This document shows, one piece after another, positions 1-8,532 of a stretch of 35,676 nt of DNA; position 1 is the stretch's first letter; each line of letters starts with the position of its first letter. The stretch is from assembly GCA_017453405.1 (NCBI GenBank), contig JAFTKF010000201.1, forward strand, positions 1 to 35,676, read 5' to 3'. The translations under genes were made by a program, and so were the position numbers. This stretch comes from Clostridia bacterium (GTDB taxonomy: Bacteria > Bacillota > Clostridia > Oscillospirales > CAG-272). The notes beneath the pieces are model-generated. The model made no database searches. It saw nothing but the letters and a program-made list of their open reading frames with translations, and was not told where the DNA came from.

Positions 1-36
1 TCGCTACAATTCTCCCACGGTCCACCTGTAATCATA

Positions 37-72
37 CCCCCGATAGGATCGATACCTCTCGGGGGTGTTTGA
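37..72 (+). terminator. Putative intrinsic terminator for a + strand gene ending upstream of or at the window edge
   Basis: cccccgatagg (37-47) pairs with cctctcggggg (55-65) at 10/11 positions, with a 7-nt loop, followed by tgtttgat. The T-tract is weak. Confidence 0.4.
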
Positions 73-161
73 TACTGACAAATTCGATATAGGGAAAAAC
101 CTTTTTCTGATCGTTCATACCGTGTGCATATTTCTCTCACCAATTGTTTACAAATCGTCAA

Positions 162-190
162 TTGACAAGAGAGCGAAAATATAGTACAAT
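162..190 (+). promoter_or_regulatory. Sigma-70/SigA-type promoter for the CotH-family gene
   Basis: TTGACA (162-167), 17-nt spacer, TACAAT (185-190), about 70 nt upstream of the ATG at 261. Confidence 0.5.
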
Positions 191-260
191 AAAATTTGGT
201 CGGCATTTTGCCGATACAAACAAAAAGGAGCGGTGTCCTGATCGGGGACATCCCATATGT

Positions 261-1748
261 ATGAGAACAAAAGCGCTTCCCTTCCTTTTACTGATCCTGC
301 TTCTGACTGTTTTGGTGCTTGCCGCTTGCAGCGTGCCTGACACCACCACGGATGACGCCACCGACATAGGATCTGAGCCAAACGCTTCTGAACCTTCCGT
401 TTCGCTTACCACAACACCCAAAATCACCACCGAAAAGCCCCTGACTGTGGGCAATCCTTCCGCAATCGGTATGGTGTCCGATAAAAATTCCTCTCTGCCC
501 GTCATTCACATCAATACCGAGGGCGGCGCGGAGATCGTTTCGCGTGACGAATATATCGGCGCGACGGTTTCGGTCTCGGGTACGCTGGACGACAGCATTT
601 TCGGCTTTGAAAACCGAGAAACCGAGGTGCGTTGCCGCGGCAACTTCACCTATACGGGAACCGAGAAAAAATCCTACCGTTTGAAATTCACCGAAAAGGT
701 CAATCTCTTCGGTCAGGGATGGGGTCCTGCCAAAAGCTGGGTTCTGCTTGCCAATCACTGTGACAAATCCTTCCTGCGCAATCACCTTGCCTTCACCGCA
801 GGCAGATTGCTTGACAATATCGACTACTGCACCTCCTCCTCGTTCGTCAAGCTGTATGTCAACGGTGACTACTACGGCATTTATCAGGTTGCCGAACAGC
901 ACAATATCAACGACTACCGCGTAGCCATTGCCGAAGACCCCAACGAAGTCGATACCGACTATCTCATTGAGCGCGACAGCTATGCCGCCGATGACGGCGT
1001 GGAGGGCACGACATATTTCCGCATCAACCGCACCAAGTACAACATCAATACCGACTATCCCGATTCTACCCTTGCCCGCGACAAATGCGAATTCCTGCGC
1101 CGCTATTTCGAAGCCACACACGAGGCGATCAAGGGGGGCAGCGAAGCCGAGGTCACACGGTATATTGATCTTGACTCTTTCATCGACACCTTTATTCTGC
1201 AAGCCCTTGTCAAGAACACCGACGTTGGCTACTCTTCCTTCTTTATGGTGAAAAAAGCGGGGGGCAAGATCTATTTCACCTGCCCGTGGGACTTTGACCT
1301 GTCTCTCGGAAACGACGAGCGCCTTGATAACGGTCAGGTGGAAACATTATACATCGGCGAAAAAACAGAAATGTCCCAACAGCACGAATGGTTTTACCTT
1401 CTGATGAACGAGGACTGGTTCTGCGATAAGCTGCTTGCCCGTTGGAACGAGGTCAAAGAAGACCTCCGCAACGCAATGCTTTATGAGATCGACCGTTTCC
1501 TTGTGGCGTTTGAAGACGATATCGCCACCAATTTTGAGGTGTGGAATGTTCTCGGCAGAAAGATCAACCAAGAGCCCCGTACACTGCTGAAGTTCAAAAC
1601 CTACCGCGAAAATGTCACACATCTGCGCGGCTGGTTCCTTGAACGCTATACCTACATTGATACCCTCTTCAATTCCGAAGAGCTGTACAACCAGGGCGGC
1701 TACGAATCCTCGGGCGGCTGGTGGGAGGGCGGCGGCTGGTGGAACTGA
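261..1748 (+). CDS. CotH-family protein (spore-coat-protein-H-like kinase fold), predicted lipoprotein
   Basis: ORF 144..1748. I prefer the internal ATG at 261 because MRTKALPFLLLILLLTVLVLAAC is a signal peptide with an L-A-A-C lipobox. CotH-type motifs: SFLRNHLAF, VKLYVNGDYYGIYQVAEQ, PWDFDLSLG. The C-terminus is a Gly/Trp-rich tail, GGWWEGGGWWN. Confidence 0.8.
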   Translation: MRTKALPFLLLILLLTVLVLAACSVPDTTTDDATDIGSEPNASEPSVSLTTTPKITTEKPLTVGNPSAIGMVSDKNSSLPVIHINTEGGAEIVSRDEYIGATVSVSGTLDDSIFGFENRETEVRCRGNFTYTGTEKKSYRLKFTEKVNLFGQGWGPAKSWVLLANHCDKSFLRNHLAFTAGRLLDNIDYCTSSSFVKLYVNGDYYGIYQVAEQHNINDYRVAIAEDPNEVDTDYLIERDSYAADDGVEGTTYFRINRTKYNINTDYPDSTLARDKCEFLRRYFEATHEAIKGGSEAEVTRYIDLDSFIDTFILQALVKNTDVGYSSFFMVKKAGGKIYFTCPWDFDLSLGNDERLDNGQVETLYIGEKTEMSQQHEWFYLLMNEDWFCDKLLARWNEVKEDLRNAMLYEIDRFLVAFEDDIATNFEVWNVLGRKINQEPRTLLKFKTYRENVTHLRGWFLERYTYIDTLFNSEELYNQGGYESSGGWWEGGGWWN

Positions 1749-1796
1749 TCTTCCCAAAAGCGACCGTTTTGCCCAAAACATTCCATTCCGATAATC

Positions 1797-1841
1797 AAAC
1801 AGAGAGAAATGCAGCGACAATGAGGTTCTCTCTGTTTTTTT
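1797..1841 (+). terminator. Rho-independent terminator after the CotH-family gene
   Basis: aaacagagagaa (1797-1808) pairs perfectly with ttctctctgttt (1826-1837), with a 17-nt loop. The T-run continues to 1841. Confidence 0.7.
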
Positions 1842-1883
1842 GCCGAAGCCTTTCGAAATACACCTTCAAAAAAGCAGTTTCTC

Positions 1884-1912
1884 TTGATTTTTTCATTTTC
1901 CTTTGCTATAAT
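1884..1912 (+). promoter_or_regulatory. SigA-type promoter with extended -10 for the metallophosphoesterase gene
   Basis: TTGATT (1884-1889), 17-nt spacer ending in TGc, TATAAT (1907-1912). An AAGGAG RBS lies 7 nt before the ATG at 1954. Confidence 0.55.
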
Positions 1913-1953
1913 AAAGAAAAGGTTTTACACCAACATAACCAAGGAGTTCCGTT

Positions 1954-4116
1954 ATGAAAAAAGCGATCTGTTTCTTTCTTACACTTTCTCTGATCATAGG
2001 AGGTATCGGTATGATTCAGCTATTTGCAGAAGGTGAGCTTCTCACCACCAACAAAACCGCATATACGCTCGACGAGCCGATTACGGTGACAGCCGTTGGC
2101 TCGGGCGCGGACTGGGTGGGCATCTATTATCCGGGTGCACCCAATTCGATCCGCTGGGTCTATGTGGAGGATGTCGGCTCGGGTGTGGCATTTGATATGC
2201 GCACCGTGGGCGAGGTCAATGCAGGCGCACCCGAAACACTCGGAGAAGGGCGTTACATCATCCGTCTGATGCCCGATGATACCACCGATCTTTCAAGAGC
2301 GCTTGCCGAAATTGAGATCACGGTGGGCGATGTGGCATCGCTTCCCGCCGTTGGTGGCGACACTTCCCGTCTTTCGGTTGAAAAAACCACCTTCGCGTAT
2401 AACGAACCGATCCGCGTTTCTGCAATCGGCTCGGGTAAGGACTGGGTCGGCATTTATTATCCCGGCGAAGCCCACTCAATCCGTTGGGCATACGTGACCG
2501 ATGTCGGCTCGGGCGTGGCTTTCGATGTGAAGACCGACACGCAAGATAACGGCTCTGCCCCTGCCGTCTTACCCGCAGGCGAATACATCATTCGCCTGAT
2601 GCCCGACGATACCAGCGATCTGAACCGCGCGATCGCGTGGGTGAATGTCACCATTGAAGCACCCCCTGCCGAAAAGCCCGAACAGCCGCTTTCGGCGACC
2701 TACACCCTCAAAAACGAGACCGACGGCTTTGCCGAGGGCACGATTCGTGTAACACTGGCAGAAGGAAGCGCCGCCACCGACATCCTTCCCTATTGGGGAG
2801 ATGAAAACGGCAAGCTTTCGGGCTATACCGCACTTGCGAAATTCAAGGTCACAGGCGCGACCACCGAACGGGAGATCGGTAAGAATATTCTGATTCCCCC
2901 GGGTGCTACCAAGCTGCTTCTTTACACCGTGAACGCAAACGGCGAAGTATCAGAAGAGCCGTATACCGTCGACCTTCCCGAAAATGCCGCCGCAAAGCCC
3001 TTTGGCGAGCCGATCGTGGAATTTCAGGCTGTCAGTGATATTCACCTGAACGCTTCGGCAAACCACACCTATAATGTCAATTTCAAGAAAATGCTGAAGG
3101 ATGTCGCCCTGACCAGCCCCAATAGCATTGGCATATTCATCGCGGGCGACATTGCCGACCACGGCTATGCGGAGGAGTTCAGACAGCTTACCGCCCTTCA
3201 CGCCTCGGTAGAAAACGCGCCTGAGTATTTTCTTGCCATCGGCAATCACGATCTGTATAACGGCTCGTATCAGGAAAAGCTCGCGCAGTTCCTGCAGTAT
3301 GCCAAGCTGCCGGACGGTGAAACTCCCACAAGCTCGCATTACGATTTCCGGCTGAATGGCTATCACTTTGTCTTTCTCGGTAACGATGCCGCTCCCGTGA
3401 ACGGCGTCGAAACCACCCTGAACCCCGCAACGATCCGCTGGCTTGACGAAACCCTCGCCAAAGACCGCGACGCGTCAAGACCCACCTTCGTGTTCCTGCA
3501 TCAGTCTCTCTACGACACCGTAGCGGGAAGCCTTGCCGGTCAGGGCTGGGACGGCGTTTCTAACGAAACCGGACTTCGACTGACCCTGAAGAAATATCCC
3601 GAGGTCATACTGTTCAACGGTCACAGCCACTGGACACTGGACTCCGAGCGCAATATGTACACGCGCTCCGACTCGCTTCCCACAATCTTCAATACCGCTT
3701 CGGTTGCCTATCTCTGGACAAGCTACCGTGTCACGGGCGGCGAAAATCTTGACGGCAGTCAGGGCTATTACGTTCGCGTTTACGACGATCAGGTGCTTGT
3801 ACTCGGCAGAGATTTCACCACAGGCGAATGGATTCCGTCGGCAATGTATGTCGTACCGTATGAAAAAGCGCCCTCGCAAACGCCCACCGATACCACCGAA
3901 GCGCCCAATACCGAGCTGACGCCCGACACCACCGAAGCTGACACCGTCACCGACACGCCGACAACGACCGACACCCCCACGACCACCGATACAGCAAAAT
4001 CCCCCAAGGATGACAAAACGCGCTCCCCCATTGGACTGATCCTCGGGATCGCCGCCGCTGTCATCGCCGTCGGTGCTGCTGTAGCGTTCGGTATCATAAA
4101 GAAAAAGAAACACTAA
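1954..4116 (+). CDS. Secreted, C-terminally membrane-anchored calcineurin-like metallophosphoesterase with two N-terminal repeat domains
   Basis: N-terminal signal peptide MKKAICFFLTLSLIIGGIGMIQLFA. Metallophosphoesterase motifs in order: VSDIHLN, GDIADHG, GNHD, FLHQ, NGHSHW. A Thr/Pro/Asp-rich stalk (TDTPTTTDTPTTTD) precedes the terminal TM helix LILGIAAAVIAVGAAVAFGII plus KKKKH. Confidence 0.85.
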   Translation: MKKAICFFLTLSLIIGGIGMIQLFAEGELLTTNKTAYTLDEPITVTAVGSGADWVGIYYPGAPNSIRWVYVEDVGSGVAFDMRTVGEVNAGAPETLGEGRYIIRLMPDDTTDLSRALAEIEITVGDVASLPAVGGDTSRLSVEKTTFAYNEPIRVSAIGSGKDWVGIYYPGEAHSIRWAYVTDVGSGVAFDVKTDTQDNGSAPAVLPAGEYIIRLMPDDTSDLNRAIAWVNVTIEAPPAEKPEQPLSATYTLKNETDGFAEGTIRVTLAEGSAATDILPYWGDENGKLSGYTALAKFKVTGATTEREIGKNILIPPGATKLLLYTVNANGEVSEEPYTVDLPENAAAKPFGEPIVEFQAVSDIHLNASANHTYNVNFKKMLKDVALTSPNSIGIFIAGDIADHGYAEEFRQLTALHASVENAPEYFLAIGNHDLYNGSYQEKLAQFLQYAKLPDGETPTSSHYDFRLNGYHFVFLGNDAAPVNGVETTLNPATIRWLDETLAKDRDASRPTFVFLHQSLYDTVAGSLAGQGWDGVSNETGLRLTLKKYPEVILFNGHSHWTLDSERNMYTRSDSLPTIFNTASVAYLWTSYRVTGGENLDGSQGYYVRVYDDQVLVLGRDFTTGEWIPSAMYVVPYEKAPSQTPTDTTEAPNTELTPDTTEADTVTDTPTTTDTPTTTDTAKSPKDDKTRSPIGLILGIAAAVIAVGAAVAFGIIKKKKH
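2056..2658 (+). repeat. Intragenic tandem duplication: two ~91-aa domains with a 330-nt period
   Basis: Residues 35-125 and 145-235 align colinearly (DEPITVTAVGSGADWVGIYYPG...RYIIRLMPDDTTDL versus NEPIRVSAIGSGKDWVGIYYPG...EYIIRLMPDDTSDL). The similarity is also visible at nucleotide level. Confidence 0.85.
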
Positions 4117-4128
4117 ACAAAAGAAAGA

Positions 4129-4166
4129 CCCGACCAAATCCTTGAAGATTTGGTCGGGCATTTTGT
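4129..4166. terminator. Bidirectional intrinsic terminator between convergent genes
   Basis: cccgaccaaatc (4129-4140) pairs perfectly with gatttggtcggg (4147-4158), with a 6-nt loop. T-rich tracts follow on both strands (cattttgtt on +, tctttcttttgttt on -). Confidence 0.75.
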
Positions 4167-4915
4167 TATTGTCTTCTGATCACAAAATACAACGCTTCGT
4201 CGGTATCCTTCGGGGGCTCTTCCTCGGTTGAGCCGTAGACAGCAACCGTTTCAAAGGCGTGTCTTGTATACGCCCTCTCGATCGCCTCGGGCGAAAACCA
4301 GACCTGCCGCTGACTTTCCTCAAGACGCCGGTAGCTTTGGTTTTTTCCTTCTACAAAAAAGGTCAGATCAAATGTCGCGGCGAGCGGCTCTTCCTCTACG
4401 TGATTCTGCCAGATGCAGAACACACCGTCTTCATCGTACGCATAGGTATTCTCCCCGTAGGTGTGACGGAATTTATAGGCGGTATTGACATCGAACACGA
4501 AAATGCCGCCGGGCGCTACAAAATGCTTCAGTCGCGAAAACAAAGCGTCAAGATCGTCTTCGGTATCCAGATAATTGATCGAATTGAGACAGCAGTAGCC
4601 GCCGTCCACCGTGCCGTAGAGATCAAGCGCACGCATATCCTGACAGAGATATAAGGGATACAGCTCCGCTTCGTCACTGTTGTCACGTGCCGTCATCAGC
4701 ATATCCTCGGAGAGATCGACCGCGATCATATCATAGCCGCTTTTCGCAAATTTCACGGTCAGAATGCCCGTACCGCAGGCAAGGTCAAGAACCGTCGCGC
4801 CCTTTTCGATCCCGTGCCGCTTGAAAATGCGATCGATCATACGGTAGATCCCGTCATAATCAACCGAAGCATTCAGCGTGTCGTAAAAGCGCGCAAGCAC
4901 CGTATAAGCATTCAT
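4166..4915 (-). CDS. Class I SAM-dependent methyltransferase
   Basis: Motif I VLDLACGTGILT, followed by an acidic loop (AVDLSEDM) and a post-I/II pattern. The start overlaps the upstream stop as ATGA (4912-4915). Confidence 0.85.
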   Translation of the reverse strand: MNAYTVLARFYDTLNASVDYDGIYRMIDRIFKRHGIEKGATVLDLACGTGILTVKFAKSGYDMIAVDLSEDMLMTARDNSDEAELYPLYLCQDMRALDLYGTVDGGYCCLNSINYLDTEDDLDALFSRLKHFVAPGGIFVFDVNTAYKFRHTYGENTYAYDEDGVFCIWQNHVEEEPLAATFDLTFFVEGKNQSYRRLEESQRQVWFSPEAIERAYTRHAFETVAVYGSTEEEPPKDTDEALYFVIRRQ

Positions 4916-6153
4916 TCGGTCTCGTCCTCCATACGGCGCAGTAAGGCACGCATATACCGAATGCCCTCCTCGCGCGAATCGCCGTCCAGAAGCTTGGCGA
5001 TCAGGGTCATGGTCTCCTCACGCACGCGCTGACGGTCTTCTTCGGGGGAGGTTTCATTCACGCCCTGCTTTTTGGCAAGGCTCTGATACAGCGCACGGTA
5101 AAAGCGCATCAATTCTTCCTTGGTCAGATCCTGCAAAAGAGCCTCGGGAAGGGACTCTTCGGAGGTGTCCTCGACGGTATCGCCGGTATCTTTTGGGGTA
5201 TCTTCAAAGCCTTCAAGGGTTTTGGGGGTATCCTCGGGCAAAGCTGTTACTGCGTCAGGAGTGTCAGACGGCTTCGGATCGCCCGATTCCGAAACACCCT
5301 CGGGCAGTTTTTTGTCAAGCGAGCGTGTCAGATCCCACAGACGGGAGGCAATATACACCGCGATCGACAGCTTCATCACGCTATAGGTCAATTCAAAGCC
5401 GTCGTTTGTATAAAAGCCGATGGCATACACGATCTCGGATAATGCCTCGGTCAGCGAGAGGGAGAGCGCCAGAAAGCCAAACAGCACGTAGGCAAGATGG
5501 CGTTCGGGCTTTAAGCTGTGACGAAGCTCCAGAACGAAATACAGCAAGATCGCCGCAAGCACCATCACTCGGAAGGACCAACGGGGATTGTTGATATGCA
5601 TCGACATATCAAAATACACGCGCAAGGTGTAGAGAATGAAATACCCGAGCACCAAAAGTCCTGCGGAAAGCGGGGCTTCCTTTTTGCGAAACAGCGAAAC
5701 GAAATACCACGCGGCAGGCAGTGCAAATACAAGAGTCAGGATATGAAGCATGGATGTCAGGGACATATACGCGCCTGAAGTGGGATCGACAAGGGCGTGC
5801 AGGCGGTCGGATGTGCCGACGGCGAGTGCCTGCGCCACAAGCGTCAATGCAAGAAGGACCGCAACAGCAAGAGATGCGATTTTAGAAAAGCGCGACTGTA
5901 TGTAGAGCGAGGCAGAACTGCCTTCCTCTTCCTCGGCTTTTTTCAAAGTGATGCCATATACCGCCGCCACCGTCAGGATCGGAATAAGACAGAGATAGCT
6001 CAGCATCCCGATCATACCGCTGACACCGTGTTGCCAGAGCGAGGCGGTAAAATCGTAATGGTTGAGATAGGTCACCGTATGCACCACTGCCACCAAGAGA
6101 GATGCCACCAGCGCACCGATATAGCTATAGAGGGCAAGAGTTTTATGTTTCAA
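4912..6153 (-). CDS. Polytopic membrane protein with an acidic Asp/Thr/Pro-rich cytoplasmic tail, function unknown
   Basis: About 8 hydrophobic helices in the first ~270 aa, then EDTPK/DTGDTVEDTSEE low-complexity sequence and a helical C-terminus. The start is TTG at 6153, preceded by AAAGAGGA. It is translationally coupled to the methyltransferase. Confidence 0.7.
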   Translation of the reverse strand: MKHKTLALYSYIGALVASLLVAVVHTVTYLNHYDFTASLWQHGVSGMIGMLSYLCLIPILTVAAVYGITLKKAEEEEGSSASLYIQSRFSKIASLAVAVLLALTLVAQALAVGTSDRLHALVDPTSGAYMSLTSMLHILTLVFALPAAWYFVSLFRKKEAPLSAGLLVLGYFILYTLRVYFDMSMHINNPRWSFRVMVLAAILLYFVLELRHSLKPERHLAYVLFGFLALSLSLTEALSEIVYAIGFYTNDGFELTYSVMKLSIAVYIASRLWDLTRSLDKKLPEGVSESGDPKPSDTPDAVTALPEDTPKTLEGFEDTPKDTGDTVEDTSEESLPEALLQDLTKEELMRFYRALYQSLAKKQGVNETSPEEDRQRVREETMTLIAKLLDGDSREEGIRYMRALLRRMEDETE

Positions 6154-6201
6154 GAAATCATCCTCTTTTCGTTTGGAACAATACCTCTCTTTGCAAGGTA
6201 T

Positions 6202-6963
6202 CTACTTTGTATTATATCTATTTTTTGCCCGATTGCAAGGGGTTTTTGCTTTTTTCAGGCAAAGAACATCAAAAGCGAAGCGAACGAGCGGCGTAAGCTT
6301 TAAAAAGCGCCGCGGCTCACACAGACAGCGCCACAGCCATTCCAAGGACATTGCCTGCATCACACGGGGCGCACGGCGAAGCCTGCCTGCGTAAATATCC
6401 AGACTGCCCCCGAGCGTCAGCACCGGGCAGGACAGCGTATCGGCAAGCTCGCGCCCCACCGTTTCCTGCAAGGGCGAGCTAAGACAGCAAAAAACAATAT
6501 CGGCGCGGCTTTTCACAAGCTCTTTTTTCACCGCGCAAAGATCGTCGAAATAGCCCGATCGACAGCCTGCCACGGTAAGCTTTGGGTAACGCATGCATAA
6601 CGCGCGTGCGGCAGATGTCGCAACGCCCTCCCTGCCCCCAAAGAAAAAAACCGAAAGCCCTTCCCTTGCCGCCCTTCGTAAGACTTCTTCCCCAAGGTCT
6701 ACTCCCGTGACTCTGCCATGGGGAAAGGGGGTATGCAGCCGCCTTGCCGCCCAGAGAATGCTTGTCCCGTCGGGAAAGGCAAACGCGGCATTCAGAAGGC
6801 TTGAAAACAACGCTTCGTTTCGCCGTGCCGTGGCAACAATCGAGCCGTTTGGGGTAACTGTCAGCGCACTTTGGTGCTTTTTTGCGCACGCAATGATGGC
6901 ATCTGCCCCCTCCTCCGGAGAAAGCGTATCAAACATAACCCCGAACAGCTCGATCTTCTTCAC
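6202..6963 (-). CDS. WecG/TagA/CpsF-family glycosyltransferase (wall-polymer linkage-unit ManNAc-transferase type)
   Basis: The ORF extends to 7089, but that would overlap rnhA. A GTG at 6963 is preceded by GAGGA and sits 16 nt after the rnhA stop. Family-like motifs: IELFGV..D, TPNGSIV, FPDGTSILWAAR, VFFFGGREGVA. Confidence 0.75.
   Translation of the reverse strand: MKKIELFGVMFDTLSPEEGADAIIACAKKHQSALTVTPNGSIVATARRNEALFSSLLNAAFAFPDGTSILWAARRLHTPFPHGRVTGVDLGEEVLRRAAREGLSVFFFGGREGVATSAARALCMRYPKLTVAGCRSGYFDDLCAVKKELVKSRADIVFCCLSSPLQETVGRELADTLSCPVLTLGGSLDIYAGRLRRAPRVMQAMSLEWLWRCLCEPRRFLKLTPLVRFAFDVLCLKKAKTPCNRAKNRYNTK
6211..6238 (-). promoter_or_regulatory. Possible internal SigA-type promoter for the membrane-protein/methyltransferase pair
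   Basis: On the minus strand: TTGCAA (6238-6233), 16-nt spacer, TATAAT (6216-6211). It lies inside the last codons of the TagA-like gene. Confidence 0.4.
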
Positions 6964-6979
6964 GTGTTCCTCAGTCCTT

Positions 6980-7426
6980 TCAGCGGCTGTACTTTTCAGC
7001 CTCACGAACGGCAAGCGCATCACAGCGCTCGTTATAGGGATGCCCTGCGTGACCCTTGACCCATACGTATGTAACCTCGTGGGGAGCAACCGCCGTAAGA
7101 AGGCGTTCCCAGAGATCGGGATTCAGCGCGGGCTTGCCGTCCGACTTCTTCCAGCCGCGGCGGCGCCAGTTTTCCGCCCAGCCCTTTTCCAGTCCGTCCA
7201 CCACGTAACGGGAATCCGAGGTGAATTGTACGCGGCAGGGGAATTTCAAGGCTTCAAAGGCGGCAATGGCACCCAGAAGCTCCATACGGTTGTTGGTGGT
7301 TTCGGCTTCTCCGCCCGACAGCTCCTTTTCAACGCCTGCCGCAACGAGGATCGCACCCCATCCGCCCGGACCGGGATTGCCCTTGCAGGCGCCGTCGGTA
7401 TAGATCTTGACATCGGTAATTCGCAT
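6980..7426 (-). CDS. rnhA: Ribonuclease HI
   Basis: From the internal ATG at 7426 (RBS GGAAAGGA): [66 protein letters not shown]. This is the full DEDD RNase H1 signature. The longer ORF to 7552 would overlap the LCP gene. Confidence 0.93.
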   Translation of the reverse strand: MRITDVKIYTDGACKGNPGPGGWGAILVAAGVEKELSGGEAETTNNRMELLGAIAAFEALKFPCRVQFTSDSRYVVDGLEKGWAENWRRRGWKKSDGKPALNPDLWERLLTAVAPHEVTYVWVKGHAGHPYNERCDALAVREAEKYSR

Positions 7427-7449
7427 AAACTGTCCTTTCCGAACACCGC

Positions 7450-8445
7450 TCACTCGCTGATGATAAACGGGGGCGGTGTCTTTGAAAAATACAAGGTTTG
7501 ACTCTCTTGAGAGTGATAGAAAAAAAGCTTCTGACAAGCTGTTGGTGTCCACGTGCCACCGAGATACGCCACAGCATCGTGAAGGGTCTCTTCGGCAAGC
7601 ACCTCTACCGCCGCTTTACCCACGCGCATTGTACTGCCGCAGACCGTCGCAAAGCGAAGTGCCATCGCTCCCTTGCCCGAAAGCTGTTTTAACAGCGGCA
7701 GCGCATCCCCGAAGGAAAGATCGGTCTCGACCTCGCCATAGGCGCGGCGAAAGAGCGAAAGCAGGGAGAGAGGGGAAAAATTCTGTCGTAATTTGTCGAA
7801 TACCGCCCCGATCAGCAGCCGTTGCGCACGCATTCTGCCGTAATCGGCATCGGGATAGGCGTTGCGACAGCGCACAAGTCCCTCTGCAGCCGCGCCGTCA
7901 AGATGCTGTTCGCCCGCCTTCAGATGGATGGTAAGCCCCTGCTCGGGATCAACGTAATCAAGCGCACAGGGTAAGGTCAAGGTAACGCCCCCGATCGCAT
8001 CGATCAGGGTCGAAAGTGCCGAAAGTGTCAGCGTGGCGTGCGCCTTCACCGTCACGCCAAACGCTTCCCCCAGCCGCTCGGCAAGCACCTTGCCCCCGAC
8101 GGCATACGCCTCGCGGTCGCTTTTGCCCTCATTTTTCGCCTTTACGCAGGCGGCGGCAAAATGCGTGTTCAGCCGTCTGCCGTCTGCTGTCAGGCTGTCG
8201 CGCGGAATCTGCAGAAAGGAAAGCCGATCGCTTTCCACGCGGACAAGCATCATCACATCCGCGCTATAGGATGCTTTGTCTACCCCTACCAGAAGATATA
8301 CCCCTTCGGCGGTTTTGGCGCTTGCCGCCGTCGCGGGCGCTTCGAGGGAAAGGCTTGTTGCCTTTTGGCTATTCAGATGAGTGATCGGGCAAAAGCCCAC
8401 GGCAAGAAGAAGGATCGGTAAGATCCCGGCAACGAGTCGACGCAT
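7450..8445 (-). CDS. LytR-CpsA-Psr (LCP) family wall-polymer ligase
   Basis: N-terminal TM anchor, then [23 protein letters not shown]...[11 protein letters not shown], the LCP core pattern. An AAGGAG RBS lies 6 nt before the ATG at 8445. Confidence 0.8.
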   Translation of the reverse strand: MRRLVAGILPILLLAVGFCPITHLNSQKATSLSLEAPATAASAKTAEGVYLLVGVDKASYSADVMMLVRVESDRLSFLQIPRDSLTADGRRLNTHFAAACVKAKNEGKSDREAYAVGGKVLAERLGEAFGVTVKAHATLTLSALSTLIDAIGGVTLTLPCALDYVDPEQGLTIHLKAGEQHLDGAAAEGLVRCRNAYPDADYGRMRAQRLLIGAVFDKLRQNFSPLSLLSLFRRAYGEVETDLSFGDALPLLKQLSGKGAMALRFATVCGSTMRVGKAAVEVLAEETLHDAVAYLGGTWTPTACQKLFFYHSQESQTLYFSKTPPPFIISE

Positions 8446-8532
8446 ACTGTCTCCTTTTTTGCACTTGGCAAATCCATTCGTGTTATAGACAGTATGCCCC
8501 CGAATCGGGCAGTTATCAGTCGAAAAAGCAAA

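Noticed and set aside
3890-4010. Tandem-looking acc/gac/ccg repeats near the 3' end of the metallophosphoesterase gene
   Set aside because: They are in frame and encode a Thr/Pro/Asp-rich stalk (TDTPTTTDTPTTTD). This is coding low complexity, not a non-coding repeat or a phase-variation tract.
8446-8532. Possible terminator or promoter in the 87-nt gap between the AlgJ-like gene and the LCP gene
   Set aside because: There is only a 4-bp GC stem (cccg-aat-cggg) and no clear -35/-10 pair. The support is insufficient.
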